Source: Octopus vulgaris
Lineage: Eukaryota
Direction of reading: 5' to 3'
NCBI GenBank assembly: GCA_951406725.2
Contig: OX597828.1
Location: forward strand, 1,240,001 to 1,304,000
DNA: 64,000 nt
The first letter of the stretch is position 1; each line of letters starts with the position of its first letter. Under the pieces are notes generated by a model. That model saw only the letters and a list, made by a program, of their open reading frames with translations. It did not search any database and was not told the DNA's origin. The position numbers were made by a program, and so were the translations under genes. Positions 26,593 through 38,521 of this stretch are shown here, in pieces.

Positions 26593-27379
26593 TTAAACAA
26601 TATTGTCTATATCAACAATATTGTCTATTGAAAGAAGTTTTCTTTCAAAAGACAATATTTTAATTTTATGACTTAAAAATTACTCCTTATTTACTTATCT
26701 TATATTCTATTAAGTTTGCAACTTTTTAAGCAGAAAAATCTTCCAGAACAGTCAAACATCCATAGAGATACAGAAAAGATAATTTTGAGGTGCAAAAATC
26801 TTCTTTACTTTTCTTAATATTGTTATTAATGTTTACCAGGAAAATAAAAAAAAATCAGCATTCATTGAATGAAAATGTTGTTGTTGTAGAGAGAGAGAGA
26901 GAGAGTGTGAGGCGGTGTTTGATATCACTCCCTCTCTCATTGTTATTACCATTTTGTCTTGTCTCTTTTTTTGCTCTTACGTAACTCGTCTACTCTTTTA
27001 TTGCGTGATTTTGGACAAACTTACAAACAAGCTCATTATTATGATAGATTGTCTTCATCCATATGCATCACATGGTCATACCAGCACAGTCTTTTTTGTA
27101 CACTACATCTGATTCTTAATTTTTCCCTCAATACATTTTGTACTTTGTCGTTCATACACACTTACATTGTATATCTAGGTATTCAAGGCCCATGTCTCAC
27201 TGCTTTGCAATTTTGCATTTTTAACACAAGCAGCTTACAGCCTGCCCTTTTGTTACCAGCAGCAGTTATAGCTTCCTGAACTTTCCCAACTTGTTCTTAC
27301 CTTTGTTGCTATACTTTAGGAACAACCACCTTCCCTGCCAATTATATTTCTTAGGTAACAAAAACTACTGACTACTTCT

Positions 27380-28270
27380 AGTGAGCTATTTAGCTTTTAA
27401 GAGAAAATATTTCTCTCGTGCTCATAGTATGCATTGCTCCTGTATGTGCCACATATGAAACTTAGTTTCTCTGTTAGTCTTCCTGTAATTCCACTATACC
27501 TCTTGTGTGTCCATTGCTTACAATGAGTTCAATATACAGAGTTAATACCCACTGCTTTTCTGCTTATTAAGCAAAGCCATTTCCCCGAAGATACCAGGAT
27601 TCTGACTTCTTTCCTGCTTACTAAACCTTAATGTTTGCTAAGTTTATTTTGAAATATCTCAATGCTAGGTTTAGCTTCCCTGTTTGGGATTTCCTTTCTA
27701 ATTCTACTATAGATTCAGCTATGAGAACTAGATCATCAACATTGAGGAGTTTCTGTGGACATCTAGTTTGAAACTCCTCTGTGATGGTGTGTAGGACTGA
27801 ATCATGGTGGACTCCTACCATCAACAATGAATTCATTGTTCACTTGCACTTACTATGCCTTGGTATAAAGCTTGTACTGCCTGCACAAGCCATTCATTCA
27901 AATAACTGAATGTGCTACCCTGTCAATGAATGCAAAGAATAGTGGTTTACTCTAAACCAAGTATTTCTCTTGCAGTTGTTTCACTAGCAAGATTAAACCT
28001 GTGGTACCTCTTCCAGGCAAAAAGCCAAATTGCATCTCATGTCACTTTACTATATCATGGATCAGTTGTGCTATGAATATTTCTCTGACCTTCATAACCT
28101 GATCAAATAGTTATTCCTCTATAATTTCATCTCTTTTGTCTTCATTGCTAACAATGATGTTGCTATGCCTATCATAGGATTACCTTCTTGTATAACTTCG
28201 TTAACTATTCTGATGGTAATCTTGTATTCTACATCAGAGATATTTTGAACACCTCTGCAACTATCCCTGA
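27380..28270 (-). mobile_element. RTE-like LINE RT fragment (older copy)
   Basis: ORF 27621-27836: ITEEFQTRCPQKLLNVDDLVLIAESIVELE...INLANIKV. Confidence 0.75.
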
Positions 28271-28920
28271 TGGATCACTTAAACACATGTATGTATATGT
28301 GTGTGCAAATGAGTTTATATTTCCCCTCATTTTCATAAACAAAAACCATCATACAGATGGTATCTTTTGTTTGCAGCACATTGTGAAAACATTCCTGGAT
28401 TTCTTGATTTGTTTTCAGTTTTCCATATAGCTGTGTCTGGGCTGTTTGTTGTTGGGGATTATTATCTTGTTTGAAAACTGGTGAGTATGGGCAGTTTTCT
28501 TCATGCAAGCATGGAAAAATGGACATGGAGGAAACTCAGTGGTGACAGTGCTATTAAAATAATAGCCACATATTTTGAGAGAATGTTTTATTGCTTTCAT
28601 TTTTTAAATTCTTTTATTATTTTCGATTTAAATATGGAATCAAAGATTTGGTTGTCTAAGTGTATAAGTTCACAGTTTTTCAGTTTTGAAGAATTTGTAA
28701 AATCTGTAGGAAATACAAATTACTCAATATAAAAAAGTAAATATGCAGGTAACGATGAATTCATCAACAATATATATATATATATATATAAAATAAGCAA
28801 TGAATTAAAATGTAGTTTGTTACTAATAAAAAGGTTCATATTCTTCCGTCTATTTTTGAATAGAGTTTAGTGGCTGACATTTTTGTTAATATTATTTCTA
28901 AAACTATATACTTTCATCTA

Positions 28921-30070
28921 TTGGGTTGGCAACTAAGTTCCTGCCATTTTTTTAAATTTTGGAATTTATTGCGTTTTTAAATTTTAGAATCTATTTTTTT
29001 TCGAGAATTCTATTTTTGAATCATTTTGGAATCTATTTTGTTTATTTCTAGTTAATTTTAGTTTGTTTTCAGATCATTAAAATGGAATGTCAAGTTAAGA
29101 GAAACGAGCATTTTCGACACCTCCTTCTTTTTGCTTTTAATTAAGGTTCTAAGGCTGCAAAAGCTGCTCGCTGTGTATGGAGAGTGTGCTATAGCTGAAA
29201 GAACAGCTCGTGATTGGTATGCCAAGTTCAAAAATGGAAATTTTGACCTCAAAGACACACCTCGTTCTGGCCGTCCAGTTGAGTTTGATGAAGAGCAACT
29301 AAACCAACTTTTGCACGAAAACGACAAGGGAACTGGTGCAGAAAATGGACTTTTCTGCGTGCTTTAAGTGACAACAGCGAAAATCAATGAGCCACAATTT
29401 CCACTGGTTTGCTCGCTTGTCACTACTCAACTCATAGACACAAGCAACAATTTCTTTAATGTTGTTACTGGTGATGAAAAATGGTACCTGTATAATCAAC
29501 ATGAAGCAGCATAAGGAATGGCTTAGCCCCGGTAAACAAGCAACACTGCGCATGAAACAAGATCTTCATCCACATAAAATTATGTTGTGGGACTGGGAAG
29601 GGATTATCCATTAGGAATTGCGTGAACGGAACCAAACAGTGAATGCGGAACTCTATGTTCAATAGATGTATTGACTCAGCATGGAGTTCTGCTGCACGAC
29701 AACACCCGCCCTCATATCACCAATATGACCAAGGAAGCCCTTCAAACGCATGGCTGGGAAGTGCTGTCACACCCGCTGTACTCTCCTGATTTGGCACCAA
29801 TGGATTTTCACCTTTTTCGATCTCTTTCAAATGCTATGTGCAGAGTTTCGTTCAGTACTGATGCAGAATTGAGAGCTTGGTTGGATCAATTTTTCGAGTC
29901 GAAATTGGGTAATTTCTACCAACGAGGTATTGAAAATCTTGTTCAATGTTGGGAAGAAGTTGTAAACAACAAGGTCGAATACATTATTGATTAATTAGTT
30001 GTTATTTTTTATTAAACCTTTTAAAAAATTGAAATTTTAAAAAACGGTGGGAACTTTGTTACCAACCCAA
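28921..30070 (+). mobile_element. mariner (DD34D) element, decayed, TA TSD
   Basis: TA|TTGGGTTGGCAACTAAGTTCC ... GGAACTTTGTTACCAACCCAA|TA. Remnants include FKNGNFDLKDTPRSGRP, TGDEKW and HDNTRPH...YSPDLAPMD, with 34 aa between the last two catalytic D residues. Confidence 0.95.
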
Positions 30071-30666
30071 TAGGTACAGATTATTTTTTCTTTATTTTTG
30101 AGAATTTTGATAACTCTCTAATCACTCATTGCCATTTTGATAATTCAATGGTGTGGTCTGTGTCAAGTATTCCATTTCTGGAAATAGTGTTGCATAGAAA
30201 ACAACTCTTAGCAGTGCACATTATTTGATTCCCCTGCTGTTTGGGTGATTCAAGAAATAACAATGAATGCATAAGAAAGTGGAAAATAGTAAGAAACATT
30301 ATTACTGAAGTCAAAATTGTGAGGCCAAATATTTTGACATTATTTAAGTCAAAGGTATCTTTTACAAGTCACAGTCAAATTAATCAAAGCATTTCAACTT
30401 TAATGCAGTGCATTTCAATATGTGTATTATTTTTGTGTTTGTACTGAGTAATATGATATTCTCCACGTAGAATTTAAACAGAAAGTAATTATTTCAATTT
30501 CCTTTATTATAGTTGACCAATATTACTGAAATATAATTAGTTTCTAAAAGTCAGAATGCCCATGAAAAATGTTGGGATTTAAATTTAATTAGCCTATGTT
30601 TATTGTTTAAAATTGCAATTTGGTTTTTGAATTATTAAAATATTTGATTCTGATTTCTTGTTACAG

Positions 30667-30832
30667 AACAGATAATGCTATTAAAAACCACTGGAATTCA
30701 ACCATGAAGAAAAAATATGAATCAATTGATGATCAAAAAAGTAGCTGTCCTCTTGTTTACAATCATCCTTACACACCAAGTACTTCAGAAAGTATGACAA
30801 ATCTACACCCAGTAAGGCTTTTTAAAAACCAA
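30667..30832 (+). CDS. Myb: Myb coding exon: end of R3 and post-DBD region
   Basis: ttacag acceptor, GTGAGT donor at 30833. (R)TDNAIKNHWNSTMKKKYESIDDQKSSCPLVYNHPYTPSTSESMTNLHPVRLFKNQ, phase 2/0. TDNAIKNHWNST is the Myb R3 recognition helix. Confidence 0.93.
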
Positions 30833-31756
30833 GTGAGTCATTCATTTTTCTTTTGTGTGAGTTTTCACAGTTTTTGTTTTTAATGACTGGAACTTGATGT
30901 AATTTCCCTACCATTTTGCAGTGTATTTTTATCCAGCTTACATCATAGATCTTAGCATATCTATGCCTGCATAGACTGTCCAGTTGTGTATAGTATCTAC
31001 ACATTTTCTCAGTTTACTTGTGCCCAGTATCACTCTCATATTTACATTCCTTATTTATTCCTTTGTCTCTCTTTCTCCCCATCAATCTTGTATAGCTTCA
31101 GTTTTGTTATATATAAGGTTCAATACTTGCTTCAAATAATGTAAGAATAATTGTAATAACAACATACTGCAAGCTCACTGGTTAGATAATAAAAAATAAG
31201 TAAATGAAAAAATTAGATTTCCTATATTCAGTTGAGTGGCTAGTGGCTGGAATGGTATCCAGCTGTTAAAAGATGTAATAAAGCTTCCCACTCATACAGC
31301 ATTGAGAATTGAATTCAAGTTGGTGTTGAAGATAACAGGGTAATGAAATGGTATGAGTCATCGAAAATACGTTTAGTTTGTACCTGTGCATGTATGAAAT
31401 TACACACACACACACACACACTGTGTATATATTTTGTATAAGTATATACATATATGTATGTATTTTGTATATGTATGTTTATGTGCATGTGTGTGCATAT
31501 ATATAGATATATAGTTGGAATTTACAGAAAAAAGATGTTCTGGTATTTGCTGAATTTTCTCTGGAGAACATTTTTTCTTTGTAGTTAGATCGCATGTGAT
31601 ATTCTAGTGTATGGTTATCCACCTAGTAGTTTATCCCTAAATATACATATGTATTGAAATTTTTTTGATTTTTAAGATTTTTTATATATGCTAGGCTACT
31701 GGTTTTAAATTGATATTAAATTAATATTCAATTTATCTCCCTCATTATTTGAATTA

Positions 31757-31797
<41 letters not shown>

Positions 31798-31800
<3 letters not shown>

Positions 31801-32135
31801 GGCGCGTGGCTCAGTGGTTAGAGCGTCAAGCTTACGATCGTGAGGTTGTGAGCTCGAATCCCAGACCGGGCTGCGTGTTGTGTTCTTGAGCAAGACACTT
31901 TATTTCACGTTGCTCCAGTTCACCCAGCTGTAGAAATGAATTGCGACGTCACAGGTGCCAAGCTGTATCGGCCCTTGCCTTTCTCTTGGACAACATCGGT
32001 GACGTAGAGAGGGGAGGCCGGTATGCATGGGCGACTGCTGGTCTTCCATAAAACAACCTTGCCCAGACTTGTGCCTCAGAGGGTAACTCTCTAGGTGCAA
32101 ACCCATGGTCTGTGTCTGACCGAAGGGGGTCACCA
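31798..32135 (+). mobile_element. tRNA-derived SINE with CORE/Nin-like central block
   Basis: A box TGGCTCAGTGG and B-box-like GCTCGAATCC, then TGTTGTGTTCTTGAGCAAGACACTT and CAGTTCACCCAGCTGTAGAAATG. Sits in (TA)n. Second copy at 59901-60245. Confidence 0.85.
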
Positions 32136-32899
32136 TATATATATATATATATATATTTATATGTTGTATAGCCAGCTGGAGACGATGTCTCCTGGGGCTA
32201 AATTACAGCAACATTCATTCTAAACTAGGACTGCCATGTTGTGTTGGCAAACAATCTTTAGTCCAAAGTACTGTGCTGAATATCTCTCATTGTGAGATTT
32301 GAAAATAGTAATTTTCTAAATATCACCTAATACATATCAAATGGGGTATACCTGATGAGATATTTTAGTAAGCCAGTAGGTAGCAGTTATCTATTAATTA
32401 AATTTTTTAATTTGTCTTATATGTGTTATAAATAGTATTTAATTAGATAGTATAATTCGTTATTATATAGGTTAAATCGGGTACCCCAAAACCAATAGTT
32501 GTAGGTAAGAAGTTCAGATGATATGTTCCTTCATCATCATGTGCAGCACAAATAACAGTAACTTGGTATAGAAATTACTTAATGGAATTGGGGAAAAACA
32601 TCCTAAGGTGTGGAGGCTTCTATTTTATAGGTTAGATATGATCGTATACCACAAAAACGTAATACTAGGTAAAAGTAGATAGAAGATTAGTCCCTTTGTT
32701 ATCACGTACTATGCAAATAATGTTATAAGAGTTTATATAGTAATTATGGATAGGATGTGTTGGAAAGGGAACTCAGATTATACAAATCATTGAACTTTGA
32801 GGTCTACATAAGAGAAAGGTGGTGGGACTGAGGTTGTTTTGTCCTTGGCTAAAACCTAAAATACAGGTTATGTGATATCCTTAAGATATTTAAAGGTAC

Positions 32900-34130
32900 A
32901 GGTCCACTTGATGGATACATGAAAGTTGAATGTCCAATTATGAATTAAATTTTCATTATTCGATCGCTTTAATATTTTGTATCTGTTGCTTGAGTACAGC
33001 TTTGTGACCTTAATTATATTCTATTTCAAATTGAATTTAACATTGCTATCTTCAAGTTCCCAAAATCGTCATGGTTAGAGAAGTCCTGCTTGCCCCATGC
33101 CCTAATTTTAAGGATGATAAATGGTTGTGTAAGCGCTGCTTCAGATTTACAGAATAGCCCATATAAGTATAAGTATTTGTCTCCATCACTGCATTACACC
33201 TGTAAACTACATTTTTGGTCAAACATTGACCAAAAAGCAGACATAAGTTTTTATCTGAACAGTTGCATCCATTATTGGCTATGACATGATTGTTATTATG
33301 AGTGCACCTTCCTATAATATTCGGACCCATGGGATCAAGATCTTAGGAGTTATTGATGCTTGTATAGCTGCTATCAGGGGTAATATTACCATTACTAAGG
33401 TCATTACCATTGCAATTAGTTGCTAAACTTGGAGTAAAAGAATATGAGTAATGATTATGGCTGTAAGGGATATTATGCTATCAGATTCTGACAGTAAAGG
33501 ATTAGGAATGGGCAGTAAAATAGATTGTTTGTCGGCATTAGTGTTTGTGCTATGTTCATTGAGTGTATCAACAACAGGAAATGACATGTGTAGGCCAGAA
33601 TTAAGGAAAGAGTGTAGACCGTGGCAGGGTGAAAGAGTCGGCTGTTGCCAGAATTACTACTGCTGCTATCAGTTGTAGTAAGCTGAATGATGCCATTATT
33701 ATTATAGCTACTAACAGGAAGGACTTACTCACTGGTGATATTAGTATGTATAGTATTAGTGTCATTTAAGTTGGTAGTATTCTGATGATTATTAATATTA
33801 TTATTATATTTGCTACAATTGTTATTAGGTGCGGTGCTGTTACAGACATCATTACTTATGCTCCGTGCCATGGTTATATATTATTTGTTCAGGCCAGCTA
33901 TAAGTATGCCCAGATTGGGGAGGGTTGAATAGGAAACCCGAACATTTTTATGGAGGAATAAGCAGTTATATTTATGTAACAGAGGGAAGTTTCTCTTTAG
34001 TATGCTAAATAATTTGCTGCATAAATTCGTATCTATTACATGATTGAAGAGAGGATTATACCATATTACGTAACTTTTTCTCATTTTTTTTTCCTTTGTA
34101 TCCACTATGTTTCTTATACTTATAACTAGT
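32900..34130 (-). mobile_element. Penelope-like element remnant (C-terminal GIY-YIG, Hydra-clade-like)
   Basis: VIWYNPLF...VRVSYSTLPNL (33881-34105), an Asn/Thr-rich linker, then CNC...CL..GQCLTKNVVYRC...YMG...LKQRLHNH (33052-33330). Confidence 0.8.
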
Positions 34131-35009
34131 TTCTGATTTATGTGATGAACTTTTGTTTTTATTATTGCCTATATTGTTGCTCTCCCTATTAGTACCAAAG
34201 TTATTATTCTCCCAGTTAACTACCCTTCACAACCCTCTACCAGCATGCTGAATAGTTATTCTCTGGACCCTATCACCAACACCATCATGTTTATTATTTT
34301 TACTGCCTCTATTTTATTTATTTCTGTTTCATTTTCGTTATTAAGGAATTGTTGGGGTTTTCTAGTTTCACTACCACGATTTAAAAAAAAGTATGACAAA
34401 AATGTTTGTTTTAGCACTCCATGTTAAAATTGACACTAAACCAACAGCTTTAAAAAATATTGTGCACAATTTGCTTCTAAAGTAAGCTAAAAGTAACAGC
34501 TATCAAATATCAAAAGGAAAAAATCATAACATTGACAAAAGTTATTAAAAAAAATCATAACTCTATTTGTGAAAAATGAAATTACTTTCTTGCTAACCCA
34601 ATACAAGATCTTGCTGTGGATATGGATATCCTTCATTGAGAAATCAACATTGACGTTCTCCATCTCATTGAAAAATTCAAATACCATCAGTGTTGTTTCA
34701 GTGGTAGTTTCACATATGAAATAATAATAATAATAATAAAGATTCTTGAGAGAATTGGATACTTAAATGATATGCATCTGGTAGGGTTGGAGTAATCTGT
34801 AGTCACCACTATGATTCATTAAATATCCAGTAGTATATTCAGGTCGTGCACACAGAGAGAACCACCCCTATCAGTATTTAGCGCCTATAGGCTGGTCCAA
34901 AGCACACGTTATGTTGATCATATGTTTTTTTGGTATACTGTAGGGTCCAACATGTGAATCCCTATGGTGTATTATAAGCAAATGTAAAATAACAGATGAT
35001 GGATAAATG

Positions 35010-35097
35010 TCAGTTCATTACAGCTGTTTCTTACGCATTTTTAATAGAAGAACGAGTACATTACATCATTGCAAAAGCCACAATCATCAGATCCTGA
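35010..35097 (-). ncRNA. Type I hammerhead-like motif with long stem II
   Basis: Minus strand: UCAGGAU-CUGAUGA-UUGUG...CGUAA-GAAAC-AGCU-GUA-AUGAACUGA. Palindromic stem III ACAGCUGU, weak stem I. Confidence 0.5.
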
Positions 35098-35559
35098 AAC
35101 ATATAATAGAAGAATATCCCAAGAACAGAGTGGGAACATGCCTAAAGCCAGCCGAGGCTGAACATGAAATGGGAGGAAAAACAAAAAATTGGCTGTTACG
35201 GGCACTAAGGGTTAGAGTTACATTAAGAATTTAGTTAGTCAGCAGGGGTAATATGATATTTATGCATCATATATATATATAGGATGATTCCTTATAAGTC
35301 TATATTTTGTACATATGTGTGTATGTATGCTTATCAAAATGTATATATTTATACATTGTTTTTCTACATATGTACATATTGTCCATGCATTTGTGTGTAT
35401 ATGTGCATATGTTTATATATGTGTGTATACATGTGTGTATGTATGTCTATGTCTTTGTATATATGTAGGTGTGTGTCTATGTACATGTGTGAGTGCATGT
35501 ATGCCTGTGTCCTTGTAGGAGAGAATACCCCCAAAAAACCTGGAATTTTGCAATATTAT

Positions 35560-36220
35560 TTGTTTCACTTAGTTTTACTTATTTACATTTTTACCACCTT
35601 CCAAGTAGTCTCTATTTGAAGCAATGCATTGGTCCAGATGCATTTTCCACTGTTCAAAGCAGTCTTGGACCTCTTGCAAAGACATGCTTTTAACATCTCC
35701 ATTATTTTTTTCTTCGTCTCTGCTACATAGGCAAAACATTTTCCTACAAGGATTTTTTACATTTGGAGTAACAGAAAAAAGTTGCACGGAGCAAGATAGG
35801 GCTGGTGGGAAGTAGGGTCATGCAAATTTTGGCAAAAACTGTCTCACAATTAAGGCAATGTATGCAGGTGCATTGTTGTGATGAAACCACTACTCTACAC
35901 TTTGCCACAGGTTTAGGTGTTTTCGTTTCACCATGTCTCACAAATGTTTCAGAAGTGCCAAGTGAAATGTCTGACTAGCAGTTTGACCAGGAGGAATAAA
36001 TTCTGTGTGGACAGTACTTTTCACATTGATAAAACAAATCAGTATTGTCTTGTCATTGGATTTCACTTGATGCACTTTTTGGAGGGCTTGGTGATATTGT
36101 ATGCTTCCATTAACTTAATTGCTTCTTCATTTCTGGGTCATAGCTGTAGCACCAGCTTTCGTTACCAGTGATGACCTTTGGAAAATAACTATCGTTTCAC
36201 AATCTTGTTGGTGATGAATC
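35560..36220 (-). mobile_element. mariner fragment
   Basis: Minus strand reads ITGNESWCYSYDPEMKKQ, WFHHNNAPA and QDCFEQWKMHLDQCIASNRDYLEG. Confidence 0.85.
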
Positions 36221-37086
36221 CTAGATGTAACCCTGATTTACCAGGTTGCCACCGAAGAGAGTATTGTTTCAAGCTGCATCCCAGCAGAAAGACTTGCTGC
36301 CTCAGACTGGGAAGATTGTGATATTGTCCAGTCTTTTACTCACCCTTTGGTCTAATACTCTCAGGGTTGTGATGGTAGCATGACAATGGATGGAGTTCAG
36401 AAACGTCTCAGATCTGCGGCAGTATTTGTGTTGCTTGCAGTTCCAAAGTTCAAGTCAGTTGAAATTTTGATTCATAGATAGGGTAGGGGAACTTGAAACA
36501 TGTTAGTCTATACAGGTTAAACAAATCTGCCTATGACTTTATGCCACTAGAATGACATCCCGTTTATGTTTGACTGATGCAACATCTGCAGAGTTCAAGC
36601 AGAATTGCATCCAAGTAATGCAAGCTGTCTTGTGGAGAACCATATTGATCAGAGCATGACAAGAGGCCATACATGTTTTTATTAATGTACTTCTCTTAAG
36701 TGTACTTTGATGACTTCTATTTAATTTACTTTCCTTTTACAATACACAATACAACATGTAGCAAACTATTCCATAATCATGTTTATAATTTATTTTTGTT
36801 AATGTGTTCAATAGGATGAGTTTTAATTATCTAACTCCCCTTATAACAATGGACATGTAATGCAAATTGAAAATCTCACTGGGTTTTTTGTCTCAATCGT
36901 GTAAATTTCAATTCTAAAAGTTTTGTGCCAACTGTTCTATGCAGAATGTGAGGTACAACTTATAAAATAAATAAGGTAATTTTCATTATTTGGTTATTGA
37001 CTTTCAATAACTGTTAGATCACAATGAATGTACATTAAAAAACAAAACCATTTGTAAACTAAAAGTTTTTCCTGTTTTGTTTTCAG

Positions 37087-37141
37087 GGCTCAAGAACTGG
37101 CCACATATTGAGAAATCTAAAACCCAGTAGCTTAACACATG
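37087..37141 (+). CDS. Myb: Probable next Myb exon (55 nt)
   Basis: Strong pyrimidine tract (ttttttcctgttttgttttcag) and GTAAAC donor at 37142. Open in the required phase 0 (GSRTGHILRNLKPSSLTH+G) and lies in non-repetitive sequence. No conserved motif, so support is only splice signals and frame. Confidence 0.65.
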
Positions 37142-37605
37142 GTAAACATATTTTTTCTCTCTAACTTTTTAATAGGTTAATAGTATATGCCAAGTAACAA
37201 ATTTTATCAGTTTTGATTGTTTACATTCATGAGATTGCAATTGTTTAAATAATAATTTGTCATAAAGTATTATTTGTACCTTTAATGTACTTGATACACA
37301 AGAAATATATAATTGTTTCTTGTATCATATAACTGAGTATATTGGAAGAAAAAAAAAAGAATCAAAGGTCCAGCCTTGCTACACTATGTCAGTATGTGAG
37401 TGTAGCTGGATTGGTCCTCTGATTCTATCTTATTAAGAATACACAAGTCTGTTGAGTACTCATATATTTGCATGGTGACTCAATGAACCTTGTAGTCTAG
37501 TTGCTTGAACAGTGGAAAACTACTTGTAATCAGAAATTCTGATCTATATATATATATATATAGATAGATATAGATAGATATAGATATATAGATATATATA
37601 TATAT

Positions 37606-37649
<44 letters not shown>

Positions 37650-37652
37650 GAT

Positions 37653-37689
<37 letters not shown>

Positions 37690-37780
37690 TATAGATATAT
37701 ATATATATATATATATATAGATAGATAGATATATATATATAGATATAGATAATATAGATATATATATATAGATATATATA

Positions 37781-38022
37781 TCATCATCATCATCATCATC
37801 ATCGTTAACGTCCGTTTTCCGCGCTAGCACGGGTTGGACGGTTTCGACCGGGGTCTGGGGAGCTCGGGACTGCCCCAGGCTCCAGTCTAGTCTGGCAGTG
37901 TTTCTACAGCTGGATGCCCTTCCTAACGCCAACCACTCCGCGAGTGTAGTGGGTGTTTTTTACGTGCCACCTGCACAGGTGCCAGAGGGGTCTGGCATCG
38001 GCCACGTTCGGATGGTGCTTTT
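37781..38022 (-). mobile_element. RTE-family 3'-end short copy with (CAT)n tail
   Basis: Reverse complement of GGTTGGCGTTAGGAAGGGCATCCAGCTGTAGAAAC...CCGTCCAACCCGTGCTAGC...GGACGTTAACGATGATG. Other copies at 46728-46893 (+), ~10400-10600 (+) and 53750-53825 (-). Confidence 0.85.
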
Positions 38023-38277
38023 ATGGGGGGGGCAGAAATATATAGGGGAGCACCAGTGGGGAGGGGTGGTTCAGAGAAATGATGACAGGTTCTAGGCAAG
38101 TAGAACGTAGGATATCAAGAGAGGGGTAATGCATGGTGAAATAGCGCATTGAAGAGGGCGGTTCGAAGAGTAGACACCTATAATGGTGGTGGGAGAAGCG
38201 ACATCCGGTATAGATGGAGCAAAAATATAGATATCCGGTATTGGTGGTGGGGGTGGGCAAGGGCGGGTGCACCGGGA

Positions 38278-38352
38278 ATATACGAAGGTTGAACTGACGG
38301 CTATATACGAAGGTTGAACTGACGGCTATATACGAAGGTTGAACTGACGGCT
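38278..38352. repeat. 25-bp tandem repeat x3
   Basis: ATATACGAAGGTTGAACTGACGGCT occurs three times perfectly. Confidence 0.95.
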
Positions 38353-38467
38353 GGCTTAGAAATGCTCTTAGCAATGGAAGGGGGGGAATGGCAGACAACG
38401 TGAGAAAGGGAGAGAGAGAGATAGATAGAGAAGAACAGTAGAACCCCGCGAAAATGGGCCGCCATTG

Positions 38468-38504
<37 letters not shown>

Positions 38505-38521
38505 TATATATATATATATAT

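Noticed and set aside
31798-31872. tRNA-like sequence (also 59901-59975)
   Set aside because: It runs straight into a SINE body and lacks a proper acceptor stem, so it is a SINE head and not a tRNA gene.
36815-36952. Candidate extra Myb exon(s) after ATAG (36814) or GCAG (36944)
   Set aside because: The first has a stop in the required phase (GAT GAG TTT TAA), and the second would be an 8-nt frameshifting micro-exon.
38278-38352. Possible CRISPR-like repeats (also the ~60-bp repeats at 7990-8190)
   Set aside because: They are head-to-tail repeats without unique spacers, there are no cas genes, and the context is a eukaryotic intron.
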